A stretch of 64,000 nt of DNA from positions 96,001 to 160,000 of the IMG/VR virus record IMGVR_UViG_3300032320_001447. One strand, given 5' to 3'. Shown one piece after another: positions 9,394-18,778 of this stretch; position 1 is the stretch's first letter, and each line of letters starts with the position of its first letter. The notes under the pieces were generated by a model. The model was not told where the DNA came from. It did not search any database and saw only the letters and a program-made list of their open reading frames with translations. The stretch is from a virus (taxonomy: Duplodnaviria; Caudoviricetes). Both the position numbers and the translations under genes were made by a program.

Positions 9394-11280
9394 ATGCTGG
9401 TAACAATACAACTTACGAATTATGGGGATGCAGTAGGTCCATTTAATATCTACTACGACCTGGACTATGTTAGCCCTTTCACTATTGCTGCATCCAACGT
9501 ATCTCTCGCTAATTTAATTAATGGCTATGAAGTAGATATAGATACGTTATCTGTTAGAGTGGTATTAGAAAATTTGAACCCATTTGGAAACAATAATTAT
9601 GTAGAAGTATTCTTAGTTCCTCAAAGTCCTTCTCCTACTCCAAGCATGACTCCTTCTATTACAGTTACTCCTAGCATGAGCATCACTCCTAGTGTAACTG
9701 TAACTCCTAGCGTAACTATAACTCCATCAATTACACCTAGTGCTAGCATTACTCCTAGCGTTACTATAACTCCTAGCATTAGCATAACTCCAACAGTTAC
9801 GCCTAGTGTTTCTATAACTCCTAGTGTTACTATAACTCCTAGCATTAGCATTACTCCAACAGTTACTCCTAGTGTTACTATAACTCCTAGCATTAGCATT
9901 ACTCCAACAGTTACTCCTAGTGTTTCAATAACTCCTACTGTAACGCCATCAGTTTCAATAACTCCTAGTGTTTCAATAACTCCTACTGTAACGCCATCAG
10001 TTTCTATAACTCCTAGTGTTTCAATAACTCCTACTGTAACGCCTAGTGTTTCTATAACTCCTAGTTTGACTACAACGCCTACTGTAACACCATCAGTTTC
10101 TATAACTCCAACAGTTACGCCTAGTGTTTCTATAACTCCTAGTGCTACTATTACGCCAACAGTTACTCCATCGACTAGTGTTACTCCAAGCATAACGATA
10201 ACACCAACAGTTACTCCATCTACATCAATAATACCAATAACATTATCAGTAACTGCATTTTGTGATGAACCTGTTTATAATGGAAATGGCAGAATATACG
10301 CTAATGCATTTGGTGGCGGCACAAATAGTTTTGATTATATAACAATTAGTGCGATATCAGCGGCAGACGCGCTATCTAGATTAGATAATCCAGCAACAAG
10401 AACATTTATAGGTGGAGCCACAGAGTATAATTTTACTGGACTAATAAATGATACCTATTATGTAGCTATAATGGATACAGTGGGTAATAAAGGAGTATCA
10501 ACGGCCGTCGTGGTATCTTGTATAGCGCCTTCGCCTACACCGACTAGAACTCCTAGTTCAACGCCAGCACCAACACCTAGTTTAACACCGACTAGAACTC
10601 CTAGTTCAACGCCAGCACCAACACCTAGTTTAACACCGACACCAACGCCTACTCCTCCATTAACAAAATATCTAGTTGAATTATGCGGTGGAGGTGAAGG
10701 ACCATACGTTGTTTCGTTAGCAAGCGGTGATTTCCCTGCAGGAATAGGTTGGTCGTATAAGTTGTATAAAGAAAGTACACCATTTGATGGAATTAAATGT
10801 TGGGAGATCTTAGAAAATCCTTCAACAGGTACTTTGGATTACGATGCGGTTGCTTTTGGCCCTTCTTATAACAACTGTACGGCTTGTCTTCCGCCTCCAT
10901 CACCAACGCCTAGTTTAACACCAACTATAACACCAACACCGACGCCTAGTGCTGCGTTAGGATACGCATTCGTAGATATTGCTAATAACACGGCTGGTAC
11001 AGATATTACTAATATTACAATAAACGGAGTACAAGTAGACGGAGCAGTTTTCCCAATAGTTGCTGGTGATGGAGCATCTGCTACAACAACAGAGACTGGC
11101 GCATCAAGAACAATAGTTGTATCTTATACAAATATAAGTAACGACTCCGTTGAGGTGATTGATACTGCATCAAACCTTACTTGTATAAGCGCAACATCAA
11201 CAAGTAGAACATTTTCTGGACAAGTTGTAAGCGATGCAGGTACAGTAACAATTTCAATGTTTGATGGACCATGTCCATAA
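9394..11280 (+). CDS. Mucin-like P/S/T-repeat protein, likely a virion fibre or decoration protein
   Basis: About 200-aa TPS(V/I)(S/T)I/TPTV tract plus two TP linkers separating small Cys-containing globular domains; no signal peptide; lies in the structural operon. Confidence 0.65.
   Translation: MLVTIQLTNYGDAVGPFNIYYDLDYVSPFTIAASNVSLANLINGYEVDIDTLSVRVVLENLNPFGNNNYVEVFLVPQSPSPTPSMTPSITVTPSMSITPSVTVTPSVTITPSITPSASITPSVTITPSISITPTVTPSVSITPSVTITPSISITPTVTPSVTITPSISITPTVTPSVSITPTVTPSVSITPSVSITPTVTPSVSITPSVSITPTVTPSVSITPSLTTTPTVTPSVSITPTVTPSVSITPSATITPTVTPSTSVTPSITITPTVTPSTSIIPITLSVTAFCDEPVYNGNGRIYANAFGGGTNSFDYITISAISAADALSRLDNPATRTFIGGATEYNFTGLINDTYYVAIMDTVGNKGVSTAVVVSCIAPSPTPTRTPSSTPAPTPSLTPTRTPSSTPAPTPSLTPTPTPTPPLTKYLVELCGGGEGPYVVSLASGDFPAGIGWSYKLYKESTPFDGIKCWEILENPSTGTLDYDAVAFGPSYNNCTACLPPPSPTPSLTPTITPTPTPSAALGYAFVDIANNTAGTDITNITINGVQVDGAVFPIVAGDGASATTTETGASRTIVVSYTNISNDSVEVIDTASNLTCISATSTSRTFSGQVVSDAGTVTISMFDGPCP
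9619..10236 (+). repeat. Degenerate tandem coding repeat (TPSVSI/TPTV units)
   Basis: Many near-identical actcctagtgtt(t/a)c(t/a)ata units. Confidence 0.9.
10537..10640 (+). repeat. Perfect 48-bp tandem duplication (TPTRTPSSTPAPTPSL x2 plus partial copy)
   Basis: acaccgactagaactcctagttcaacgccagcaccaacacctagttta at 10537 and 10585; partial copy at 10633. Confidence 0.9.
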
Positions 11281-11410
11281 AAAACAAAATTTGGAATATA
11301 AATAAAAATTAATATATAAATAGGTATAATATACTATACGTACTTACATACTTTGTTTTCTACTTTAAAAATAAATTTTACATTGTAAATTAAAAGTTTT
11401 AGATTACATT

Positions 11411-12667
11411 ATGCCAAAAATATTTGTTTCGATAGCATCTTACAGAGACCCTGAATTACTTCCTACACTTGAAAATTTATTAGATAATGCAAAGTATCCT
11501 CAAGACCTTGTTATTTGTATAGGGTGGCAGCATTCAAAAGAAGACAAATGGGACAATTTAAAGAAATATAAAAGGGATCAGCGATTTAAGATCATAGATA
11601 TAGACTACAAAGAGTCCAAGGGAGTTTGTTGGGCAAGAAGCGAAATACAAAAACTTTACACAGACGAGGACTACTACCTTCAATTAGATTCTCATCACAG
11701 ATTTACAAAAGATTGGGACGTACAATTAAAAGATCTTTTGCACTATCTTATGTGCAAGGGTCATGAGAAACCTTTACTATCTGCTTACATCCCAGGATAT
11801 TTTCCAGAAAAAGATCCTAAAGACAGAGTTAACGAAGTTTGGGGTTTAAACATAGACAGATTCATGCCGGCTGGCGCCATATTCTTAAGACCTCATCACA
11901 TAGAAAAGTTTGAGGAATTAAAAGAGCCTTTCTCAACCAGATTTATATCGGCTCACTTTATTTTTACCATTGGAAAATTTGTAAAAGAAGTGCCTTACGA
12001 TCCAAACTTATACTTTCATGGAGAAGAGAGTTCTTTAGCCGCTAGAGCTTACACTTACGGATACGATTTATTTGCTCCACACAAAGTGATAGTTTGGCAC
12101 GAATACACAAGAGAGGGAAAGAAAAGACATTGGGACGATAGTCAAGATTGGAAAGCCAAAGACGATGCTTCTTACTCAAGATTTAGAAAACTATTTGGTA
12201 TGGATCCGGGTTGTACGCCATGTCAAAGAAAAGCGCTAGCTCCTTACGGATTCGGTCCAACGAGATCTTTAACTGATTTTGAAAAGTACGCAGGTTTAAA
12301 ATTTGCAACAAGACAAATACACAGAGAGACTCTAAAAAATAATTTTCCTCCAATAAAATCAGATTACGAATCGGGTCTTGCATCTAGTCAAAAGTACTGT
12401 ATAGACATTTATAAAGGATCTTTAACAGAAAAAGATTACGATTCTTTTGTTGTTGCATTTTTGGATGAGAACGGAGAAGATATATACAGACAAGATTGTA
12501 ATAAGGAAGAAATTCAAAGCATGATGAATCTTGATGTAAACAATAAATTCATTCATATATGGAGAAATTTTGAAGCTGTAGAAAGACCAGTTTGTTGGAG
12601 AGTTTGGCCTCATTCAGAATCTATGGGTTGGATGGAAAGAATAGAACAAAAAATATCATATGAATAA
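11411..12667 (+). CDS. GT60-like glycosyltransferase (Skp1/polypeptide GlcNAc-transferase family, Pfam GlcNAc)
   Basis: IFVSIASYRDPEL, KGVCWAR, YYLQLDSHHRF..WD, LYFHGEE, RAYTYGYDLFAP...VWHEY motifs. Confidence 0.85.
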   Translation: MPKIFVSIASYRDPELLPTLENLLDNAKYPQDLVICIGWQHSKEDKWDNLKKYKRDQRFKIIDIDYKESKGVCWARSEIQKLYTDEDYYLQLDSHHRFTKDWDVQLKDLLHYLMCKGHEKPLLSAYIPGYFPEKDPKDRVNEVWGLNIDRFMPAGAIFLRPHHIEKFEELKEPFSTRFISAHFIFTIGKFVKEVPYDPNLYFHGEESSLAARAYTYGYDLFAPHKVIVWHEYTREGKKRHWDDSQDWKAKDDASYSRFRKLFGMDPGCTPCQRKALAPYGFGPTRSLTDFEKYAGLKFATRQIHRETLKNNFPPIKSDYESGLASSQKYCIDIYKGSLTEKDYDSFVVAFLDENGEDIYRQDCNKEEIQSMMNLDVNNKFIHIWRNFEAVERPVCWRVWPHSESMGWMERIEQKISYE

Positions 12668-13934
12668 TAAGTTACAGACCATACTCGTACATTTACCTGC
12701 TTATAGGGACCCAGAATTGGTGCCAACTATTAAGAACGCACTAGAGAATGCGAAATATCCAAAACGAATTCACTTCGGCATTTGTAGACAATACAACCCA
12801 GAAGATCTTTTCGATAATGTAGACGAGTTTAGAAATGACAAACGTTTTCATATCATGGACGTTTTGTACACAGAAGCTCAAGGTCTACCATGGGCAAGAG
12901 CTCAAATCAACGAGAAGCTTTTAACCAATCAAGATTACATTTTACAACTGGATTCTCATCACAGATTCGCAGAGAATTGGGACGAGACTTTAATTGAAAT
13001 GCATAGCGATTTAGAAGCTCAAGGATACAAACCAATCTTAGGGGCTTATTTGCCATTGTATACTCCGTTTAACGATCCAGAAGGACGTACCATGGAGCCA
13101 TGGCAGCAGACCTTTGCTTGCTTCTATCCTCACGGAACTATCTTCATCAGACCAGGATTGCTACACGGTTGGCAAGACATGATAGAACCACCAATGAGTA
13201 GATTCTTATCTGGCCACTTCTGTTTTGCTAGATCTGAATGGGCAAAGGAGATAAAACACGATCCAGATATCTATTTTAGTGGAGAAGAATTAAACTTAAC
13301 TGTTAGATCTTACACTCATGGATACGATTTATTCCATCCGCACAAATTAGTTGTTTGGCATTCTACTATGAGAGAAGAGAGATCTGGCATGTTGAAGTGG
13401 GACGATGATTCTAAATTAGGAGTTAATTGGTTCCAAAAGCAAGAGTATGCAAGAAAAAAGATTAGAGTCTTATTAGGAACAGAAGAGGATCCAACTATAG
13501 ATTTAACTGGATACGATTTGGGTACAGTGAGAACTTTAAGAGATTTTGAAAAGTACGCAGGATTTCACTTCAAAAGGAAGTCTGTTCAAAAATATACACT
13601 AGACAACAAGTATCCGCCTAATCCATTGATAGAAGACGATGAATTATGGGAACAGTCTTTCATGGGATCTTTCTACCATCTAGTTACTATATATCCTCAT
13701 GACTTTCCAAGAAAGGATTATAAACATATCTTAGTAGCATTCGACGATGAAACAGGTAAAGCAGTGAATCACAAGTACATTGCTGGCGAGGAACTAGAAA
13801 ACTTTATGCACAAAGGACAACAAATACACTACGAAGAGTTTTTCTTAACAAATAAAAATCCTTCTAGAGTAGTATATTGGGGATTCACAGAAGAAGAAGG
13901 TTGGGTTGAAAGAGTAGAACATAAAATAAATTAA
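12660..13934 (+). CDS. GT60-like glycosyltransferase, paralog 2
   Basis: LPAYRDPEL, GLPWAR, YILQLDSHHRF.ENWD, IYFSGEE, RSYTHGYDLFHP motifs; full-length similarity to 11411..12667. Confidence 0.85.
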   Translation: MNNKLQTILVHLPAYRDPELVPTIKNALENAKYPKRIHFGICRQYNPEDLFDNVDEFRNDKRFHIMDVLYTEAQGLPWARAQINEKLLTNQDYILQLDSHHRFAENWDETLIEMHSDLEAQGYKPILGAYLPLYTPFNDPEGRTMEPWQQTFACFYPHGTIFIRPGLLHGWQDMIEPPMSRFLSGHFCFARSEWAKEIKHDPDIYFSGEELNLTVRSYTHGYDLFHPHKLVVWHSTMREERSGMLKWDDDSKLGVNWFQKQEYARKKIRVLLGTEEDPTIDLTGYDLGTVRTLRDFEKYAGFHFKRKSVQKYTLDNKYPPNPLIEDDELWEQSFMGSFYHLVTIYPHDFPRKDYKHILVAFDDETGKAVNHKYIAGEELENFMHKGQQIHYEEFFLTNKNPSRVVYWGFTEEEGWVERVEHKIN

Positions 13935-13938
13935 AAAT

Positions 13939-14637
13939 ATGAATAAATTTGTAGAATTGCTCAAAGCATGCGACAGTTTTAAAGTAGACACTTTATACTG
14001 GGATCACGACATTTTAGCGCCTTTTGAAAATGATTTAAGAAATTATCCTGCTCCGTGGATAAAAAAGACCGTAGAATTATTAAAAATAATAGACGGAAAA
14101 GTAGTAGTAGAAATAGGATCTACAAGAAGAGAGATGACTCAATCTTGTTTAAACTACTATGACAACTGTTATACCATGACTCCTGCGCAAGCACCCGGTT
14201 GTTGTCAAGATGGACACTCTACTCATTTTTGGGCAGATGCTGGATTCGAAACTTATACAGTAGATATAGATGAAAATTGTAGAGTTCAATTAGAAAATCA
14301 GTATAAGTATCATATTCAAAAACCTATACCGGATAATTTACACATATGTATACCTCAAGATGGAATAGAATTTTTAACTAATTTTGATAAGAAAATAGAC
14401 TTATTATTTTTAGACGGTTGGGATAAAGGTTCTCACAATTACGCAGAAAAACATTTAGAAGCATTTTTAGCTGCTAAAGATAAATTGTCTGATTTACATT
14501 TGGTATCTATAGATGATACAGATTTTAATACTGAAAGTGCTGGTAAAGATAAATTATTAACGCCTTATTTATTAGAGAATGGATATATCAAAATACTTTG
14601 GGGAAGACAAATTGTTTTCATAAAGAATCAAATATGA
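13939..14637 (+). CDS. Class I SAM-dependent methyltransferase-like protein (Methyltransf_24-like)
   Basis: VVEIGS, YTVDID, IDLLFLDG and IDD motifs. Confidence 0.65.
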   Translation: MNKFVELLKACDSFKVDTLYWDHDILAPFENDLRNYPAPWIKKTVELLKIIDGKVVVEIGSTRREMTQSCLNYYDNCYTMTPAQAPGCCQDGHSTHFWADAGFETYTVDIDENCRVQLENQYKYHIQKPIPDNLHICIPQDGIEFLTNFDKKIDLLFLDGWDKGSHNYAEKHLEAFLAAKDKLSDLHLVSIDDTDFNTESAGKDKLLTPYLLENGYIKILWGRQIVFIKNQI

Positions 14638-15566
14638 AATTAAATTTCTATTACGAAAATCCTATTCCTGGTTCAATGGCTGGAAATGTATGTCATTTGG
14701 TTGCAGCAGAAAGATTCTTGAATTTATGTAAGAACGCCTATCCTGATATAGAGTTTAATTACATAAATTCTTGGGGAATTACTTATGAAAATGGTTTACC
14801 AACCCTTAGAAGTTGTCCAGGTTGTAAATTTAGTCACTTCTTCGTAATAATAGAAAACCCAGATAATAAAAAGTTTTTTGTTATTTCTTATTGGGACAAA
14901 TTAAAAGACATCACTTTAGACGGCACTTTTTGGGATTTAGAAAATTGTATGGGAATATTTCCATCTGCGGGAACTCACACTGACGATTTTTCTTTTAGAT
15001 CTATAGATTTAGATTATACTCCTATCGCTCCTTTAACTATACATAAATCTTTAGAAGATAAAGCGCAAGAATTATATCTCTTAAATGTTCCTAAGACTAC
15101 ACCTAAAAGTTTATTTTTTAGAGGGGGCGATTATGGTTTTAGAAGCTACTTATCTCGTAATGATAATAGATTTATAATTAATCATGAAAGAATAGATACT
15201 GCTATATTTGCAGAGGAAATGGCTAAAAATACTATTAACATAGATATTAACGCAGTAGCTGAAATTTCTGGAAGAACTATAGATGCTATGGCTTTAGGAA
15301 CTGCTTTAATCAGGCCTAAATTGTCCATCAAATATCATAACCCTCTTATACCAGATTATCATTATGCAGAAGTTAAATGTGATGATCTTTCTAATTGGCC
15401 TAAATTAGCAGACGCTTATGTAGAAAGATTTGAAGAACTTAAAAAAGACGAAGAGCAAGTTAAATTCTTTTCAGAAAATGGAAGAAGATGGTACGAAGAA
15501 AACGCAACAATAGAAGCTCATGTGAGTATTCTTAAAAAATTAATAGACTTAAATAAACTTGCCTAA
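14634..15566 (+). CDS. Putative GT-B glycosyltransferase
   Basis: LFFRG, GRTIDAMALGTALI, LIPDYHY, ENGRRWYEEN; the start at 14634 overlaps the upstream stop (ATGA). Confidence 0.55.
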   Translation: MKLNFYYENPIPGSMAGNVCHLVAAERFLNLCKNAYPDIEFNYINSWGITYENGLPTLRSCPGCKFSHFFVIIENPDNKKFFVISYWDKLKDITLDGTFWDLENCMGIFPSAGTHTDDFSFRSIDLDYTPIAPLTIHKSLEDKAQELYLLNVPKTTPKSLFFRGGDYGFRSYLSRNDNRFIINHERIDTAIFAEEMAKNTINIDINAVAEISGRTIDAMALGTALIRPKLSIKYHNPLIPDYHYAEVKCDDLSNWPKLADAYVERFEELKKDEEQVKFFSENGRRWYEENATIEAHVSILKKLIDLNKLA

Positions 15567-15569
15567 TAA

Positions 15570-16367
15570 ATGAAAGCAGTAGTAACATTGACGACTATAC
15601 CATCTAGATTGGTTAGCATATATCACGAAGATATAAAAGTGTGTTTAGATTCTTTACTTAATCAAGATTTTGAAGATTATGAAATTCATTTCAACATACC
15701 TTATTTTTTTAAATTAACCGAAGAAGAATATATTATTCCAGAATGGTTGAACGAATTAGTTGGAAACAATCCTAAGTTAAAAATATTTAGAGGAGAAGAT
15801 TATGGGTCTATTACAAAATTAGTAGATACTATAAAAAGAATAGAAGATTCTAATTGCATTATTATCACAGCAGATGATGATTTAGTATATCATCCAGAAA
15901 TGGTAAGTGAACAATATAAAAATCAAACAGAAAGATTTAGTAATTGCGCGGTGGGTTATGATGGTATTAGTGCATTAGAACCAGTGTTTAGAGACATACG
16001 CAGTCATTATGTAGTAAGCGTTCCTTGTAATGTTAAAGTAAATGTATTGCAACACTATAAAACAGTATCTTACAAAAGAAGTTATTTTGAAGAGGATTTC
16101 TTTACTGATTTTGTAGGACAATCTTGGGCCGACGATATTTTAGTATCAGCTTATATGGGAAAACAAAAGATTACAAAATACGTAACTTACTTTGAAAAAG
16201 AAAGCATACCTGCTACTATAGAAGAGTGGAATAGCAGAGGAGGCGTAACAACGTTTCCTATAATAAAACACACTCAACACGATTCACAAGAAGGTTGCAA
16301 TATTAAAAGAAATAATCAAGAAACAGACAATTTTATGTACTTTGTGCATAAAGGATACTTAAGATAA
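15570..16367 (+). CDS. GT-A fold glycosyltransferase
   Basis: VVTLTTIPSRL, DYGSITKL, IITADDDLVY (DxD) and DDILVS motifs. Confidence 0.75.
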   Translation: MKAVVTLTTIPSRLVSIYHEDIKVCLDSLLNQDFEDYEIHFNIPYFFKLTEEEYIIPEWLNELVGNNPKLKIFRGEDYGSITKLVDTIKRIEDSNCIIITADDDLVYHPEMVSEQYKNQTERFSNCAVGYDGISALEPVFRDIRSHYVVSVPCNVKVNVLQHYKTVSYKRSYFEEDFFTDFVGQSWADDILVSAYMGKQKITKYVTYFEKESIPATIEEWNSRGGVTTFPIIKHTQHDSQEGCNIKRNNQETDNFMYFVHKGYLR

Positions 16368-16371
16368 TATT

Positions 16372-18765
16372 ATGAGTTATAAAGAAGTTTTTAGCGGCAT
16401 TTATGATAATTTTGGTTTCGGAAGTTTGGAAAGCCGATCAGGTCCAGGCAGTACTTTAGAAGAAACTAAATTTCTTAGAGAGAAATTAAAAGAAATAGTA
16501 AAACAGAAAGACATAAAATCTGTAGTAGATATACCTTGCGGTGACTTTAATTGGATGAAAGAGATTGTATTTAGTTTTGAATCTTATACTGGTGGAGATA
16601 TTGTGGAGCAGTGCATCAAAACTAATAGTGAAGAATACGGAAGCAAGAGAATAAAGTTTATTGACTTCGATCTGTTAAACGATAGTATTCCCGATTCTGA
16701 TCTTTTAATAGTTAGAGATATTGTTGGTCACTTTCCTTTAGAAGATGGAAAAAAGATAATTGATAACATACTCAGATCTAATTGTAAATATCTTTTAAGC
16801 ACCACATGGGCAAAAAACACAGAACAAGGTTGGAGTAATTGTGGTCCCATGGATGTACATAGAGAAAACGAAGGAGTTGATTATGGAAGATTCTATCCAG
16901 TTAATTTAATGGCGCACCCATTCAATTTTCCATTAGCCGAAGTATTTTTAGAAGAAGACGTACGCGTAGATAATTTTGATAATGGAAATAGAAAGGCTTT
17001 AGCTCTATGGGATTTAGATAAAGTTAGAGAACATTTAAAAACAGTTGAACCAATACAATCTTTTAATACAGAATCAACAAAAAATTTAACAGTAGTTACA
17101 GGACTTTGGAATATTAATAGAAATGGCAGACCATTCGATCACTATATAGATAATTTTAAAAAGCTGTTAGATACCCCTCAGAATTTATTTATCTTTATTG
17201 AAAAAGAATATGAGCATTTAGTTTGGGATAAAAGATCTCCAAAAAATACTTTTGTTAAAATCTATGAGTTAGAAGACGTTAAAAACTTATACTCTCCTTT
17301 TTGGCAGAAAACTCAAGACCTTAGAAACAGTCCAGATTGGCATAATATCACTGGTGAAAATGGATGGTTAAAAGACAGTCCGCAGGCTAGCTTAGAGTGG
17401 TATAATCCAATAGTAATGTCAAAAATGTTTATGCTACACGATGTAACCATTTGGAATCCTTTTGATACAGAGTATTTTATATGGTTAGACGCAGGAATTA
17501 CTAATACTGTATATGAAAAATATTTTACAGAAAATAATGTGCTAAATAAAATAACTAGTTACTTAGATCCGTTCCTATTTTTATCTTATCCTTACGAAGC
17601 TGTCGATGAAATTCATGGATTTAAGTATGGAGAAATGAATAGGTATGCAGGTACTAAAGTAGAATATGTATGTAGAGGAGGGTTATTCGGAGGAAGCAAA
17701 GCCGCTATACATGAAGCAAATAGTGAATATTACAGTTTACTAAACAATACCTTATCTGACGGGTTGATGGGAACAGAAGAAAGCATTTTTACTATAATGT
17801 CTTATCTTTATCCTAACAGATATAGAAGATTCGAATTAGACAGTAACGGTTTAGTAATTAAATTTATACAAGCTTTAGATAGCGAAAATTTGCAGTTATC
17901 CGAAATTAAAAAGGATTTGGATTTTATACCTAATAAAAATGTTAACGTAGATAATTTAAAGACATCTATTTACATGTTGACTTTTAATTTTCCTCATCAA
18001 GTAGAACACACAATTCAAACTTGGTTAAAGCACTCAAGATTCATTAGCAATACAAGAAATATTTTAATAGATAATTCGACAAATGAAGAGGCTAGAATTG
18101 CCAATAAAGAAATTTGTGATAAGTACGGATTCGAACATATCATAACAAATGAAAACGCCGGTATCAATGGAGGCAGATTCAGAGCGGCCCAGCACTTCCA
18201 AGAATCAGATAGCGATTACTACTTATTTTTAGAAGACGATATGGGAATCCATCCTCCAGAAGAATTAGGTTTTTGTAGAAATGGATTTAGATATTTTGTT
18301 CCTAATTTGTACGATAACATTCTTAAGATAATGCACGGAAGCGATTTAGACTTTCTAAAATTATCTTACACAGAAGTTTACATGGATAACAATATTCAAG
18401 TCTCTTGGTATAATGTTCCTCAAACAGTTAGATCTGAATTTTGGCCCGATTATGATAAACTTCCTGTAACAGGACTTGACACTAATTGTCCTAGAACCGC
18501 TTTCAACAAAATAGAAGTCGTAGACGGTCTTAGCTATATTACTGGAGAAATCTATTACGCTAACTGGCCTATGATTGTGGGTAGAAAAGGCAATCAAAAG
18601 ATGTTCTTAGACACTACTTGGGCTAGACCTTACGAACAGACTTGGATGAGTTATATGTTCCAAGAAACTAAAAAAGGTAATTTAAAACCAGCGGTGTTAT
18701 TAGCTAGCCCAATTAACCACGATAGAATAGCTCACTATAAACCCGAAGAAAGACGAGAGAACTAA
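16372..18765 (+). CDS. Three-domain fusion: SAM methyltransferase + HtrL/YibB-like glycosyltransferase + GT-A/GT2 domain
   Basis: SGPGST...VVDIPCGDFNWM (methyltransferase); VVTGLWNI...SKMFML...NPFDTEYFIWLDAG...GGLFGG (HtrL-like); LIDNS...YYLFLEDD (GT-A). Confidence 0.7.
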   Translation: MSYKEVFSGIYDNFGFGSLESRSGPGSTLEETKFLREKLKEIVKQKDIKSVVDIPCGDFNWMKEIVFSFESYTGGDIVEQCIKTNSEEYGSKRIKFIDFDLLNDSIPDSDLLIVRDIVGHFPLEDGKKIIDNILRSNCKYLLSTTWAKNTEQGWSNCGPMDVHRENEGVDYGRFYPVNLMAHPFNFPLAEVFLEEDVRVDNFDNGNRKALALWDLDKVREHLKTVEPIQSFNTESTKNLTVVTGLWNINRNGRPFDHYIDNFKKLLDTPQNLFIFIEKEYEHLVWDKRSPKNTFVKIYELEDVKNLYSPFWQKTQDLRNSPDWHNITGENGWLKDSPQASLEWYNPIVMSKMFMLHDVTIWNPFDTEYFIWLDAGITNTVYEKYFTENNVLNKITSYLDPFLFLSYPYEAVDEIHGFKYGEMNRYAGTKVEYVCRGGLFGGSKAAIHEANSEYYSLLNNTLSDGLMGTEESIFTIMSYLYPNRYRRFELDSNGLVIKFIQALDSENLQLSEIKKDLDFIPNKNVNVDNLKTSIYMLTFNFPHQVEHTIQTWLKHSRFISNTRNILIDNSTNEEARIANKEICDKYGFEHIITNENAGINGGRFRAAQHFQESDSDYYLFLEDDMGIHPPEELGFCRNGFRYFVPNLYDNILKIMHGSDLDFLKLSYTEVYMDNNIQVSWYNVPQTVRSEFWPDYDKLPVTGLDTNCPRTAFNKIEVVDGLSYITGEIYYANWPMIVGRKGNQKMFLDTTWARPYEQTWMSYMFQETKKGNLKPAVLLASPINHDRIAHYKPEERREN

Positions 18766-18778
18766 TATTTATTAAAGT

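Noticed and set aside
9621-10193. 190-aa antisense ORF (GVTVGVIETL repeats)
   Set aside because: It is the mirror of the TP repeat on the opposite strand; the lack of stops is a by-product of the repeat.
9619-10236. Possible CRISPR array
   Set aside because: Units are in-frame, contiguous and have no unique spacers; this is a coding repeat.
8700-18778. Self-splicing intron or transposon explaining the split gene
   Set aside because: No intron core, terminal repeats, transposase or integrase are seen, and both halves have their own start and stop signals.
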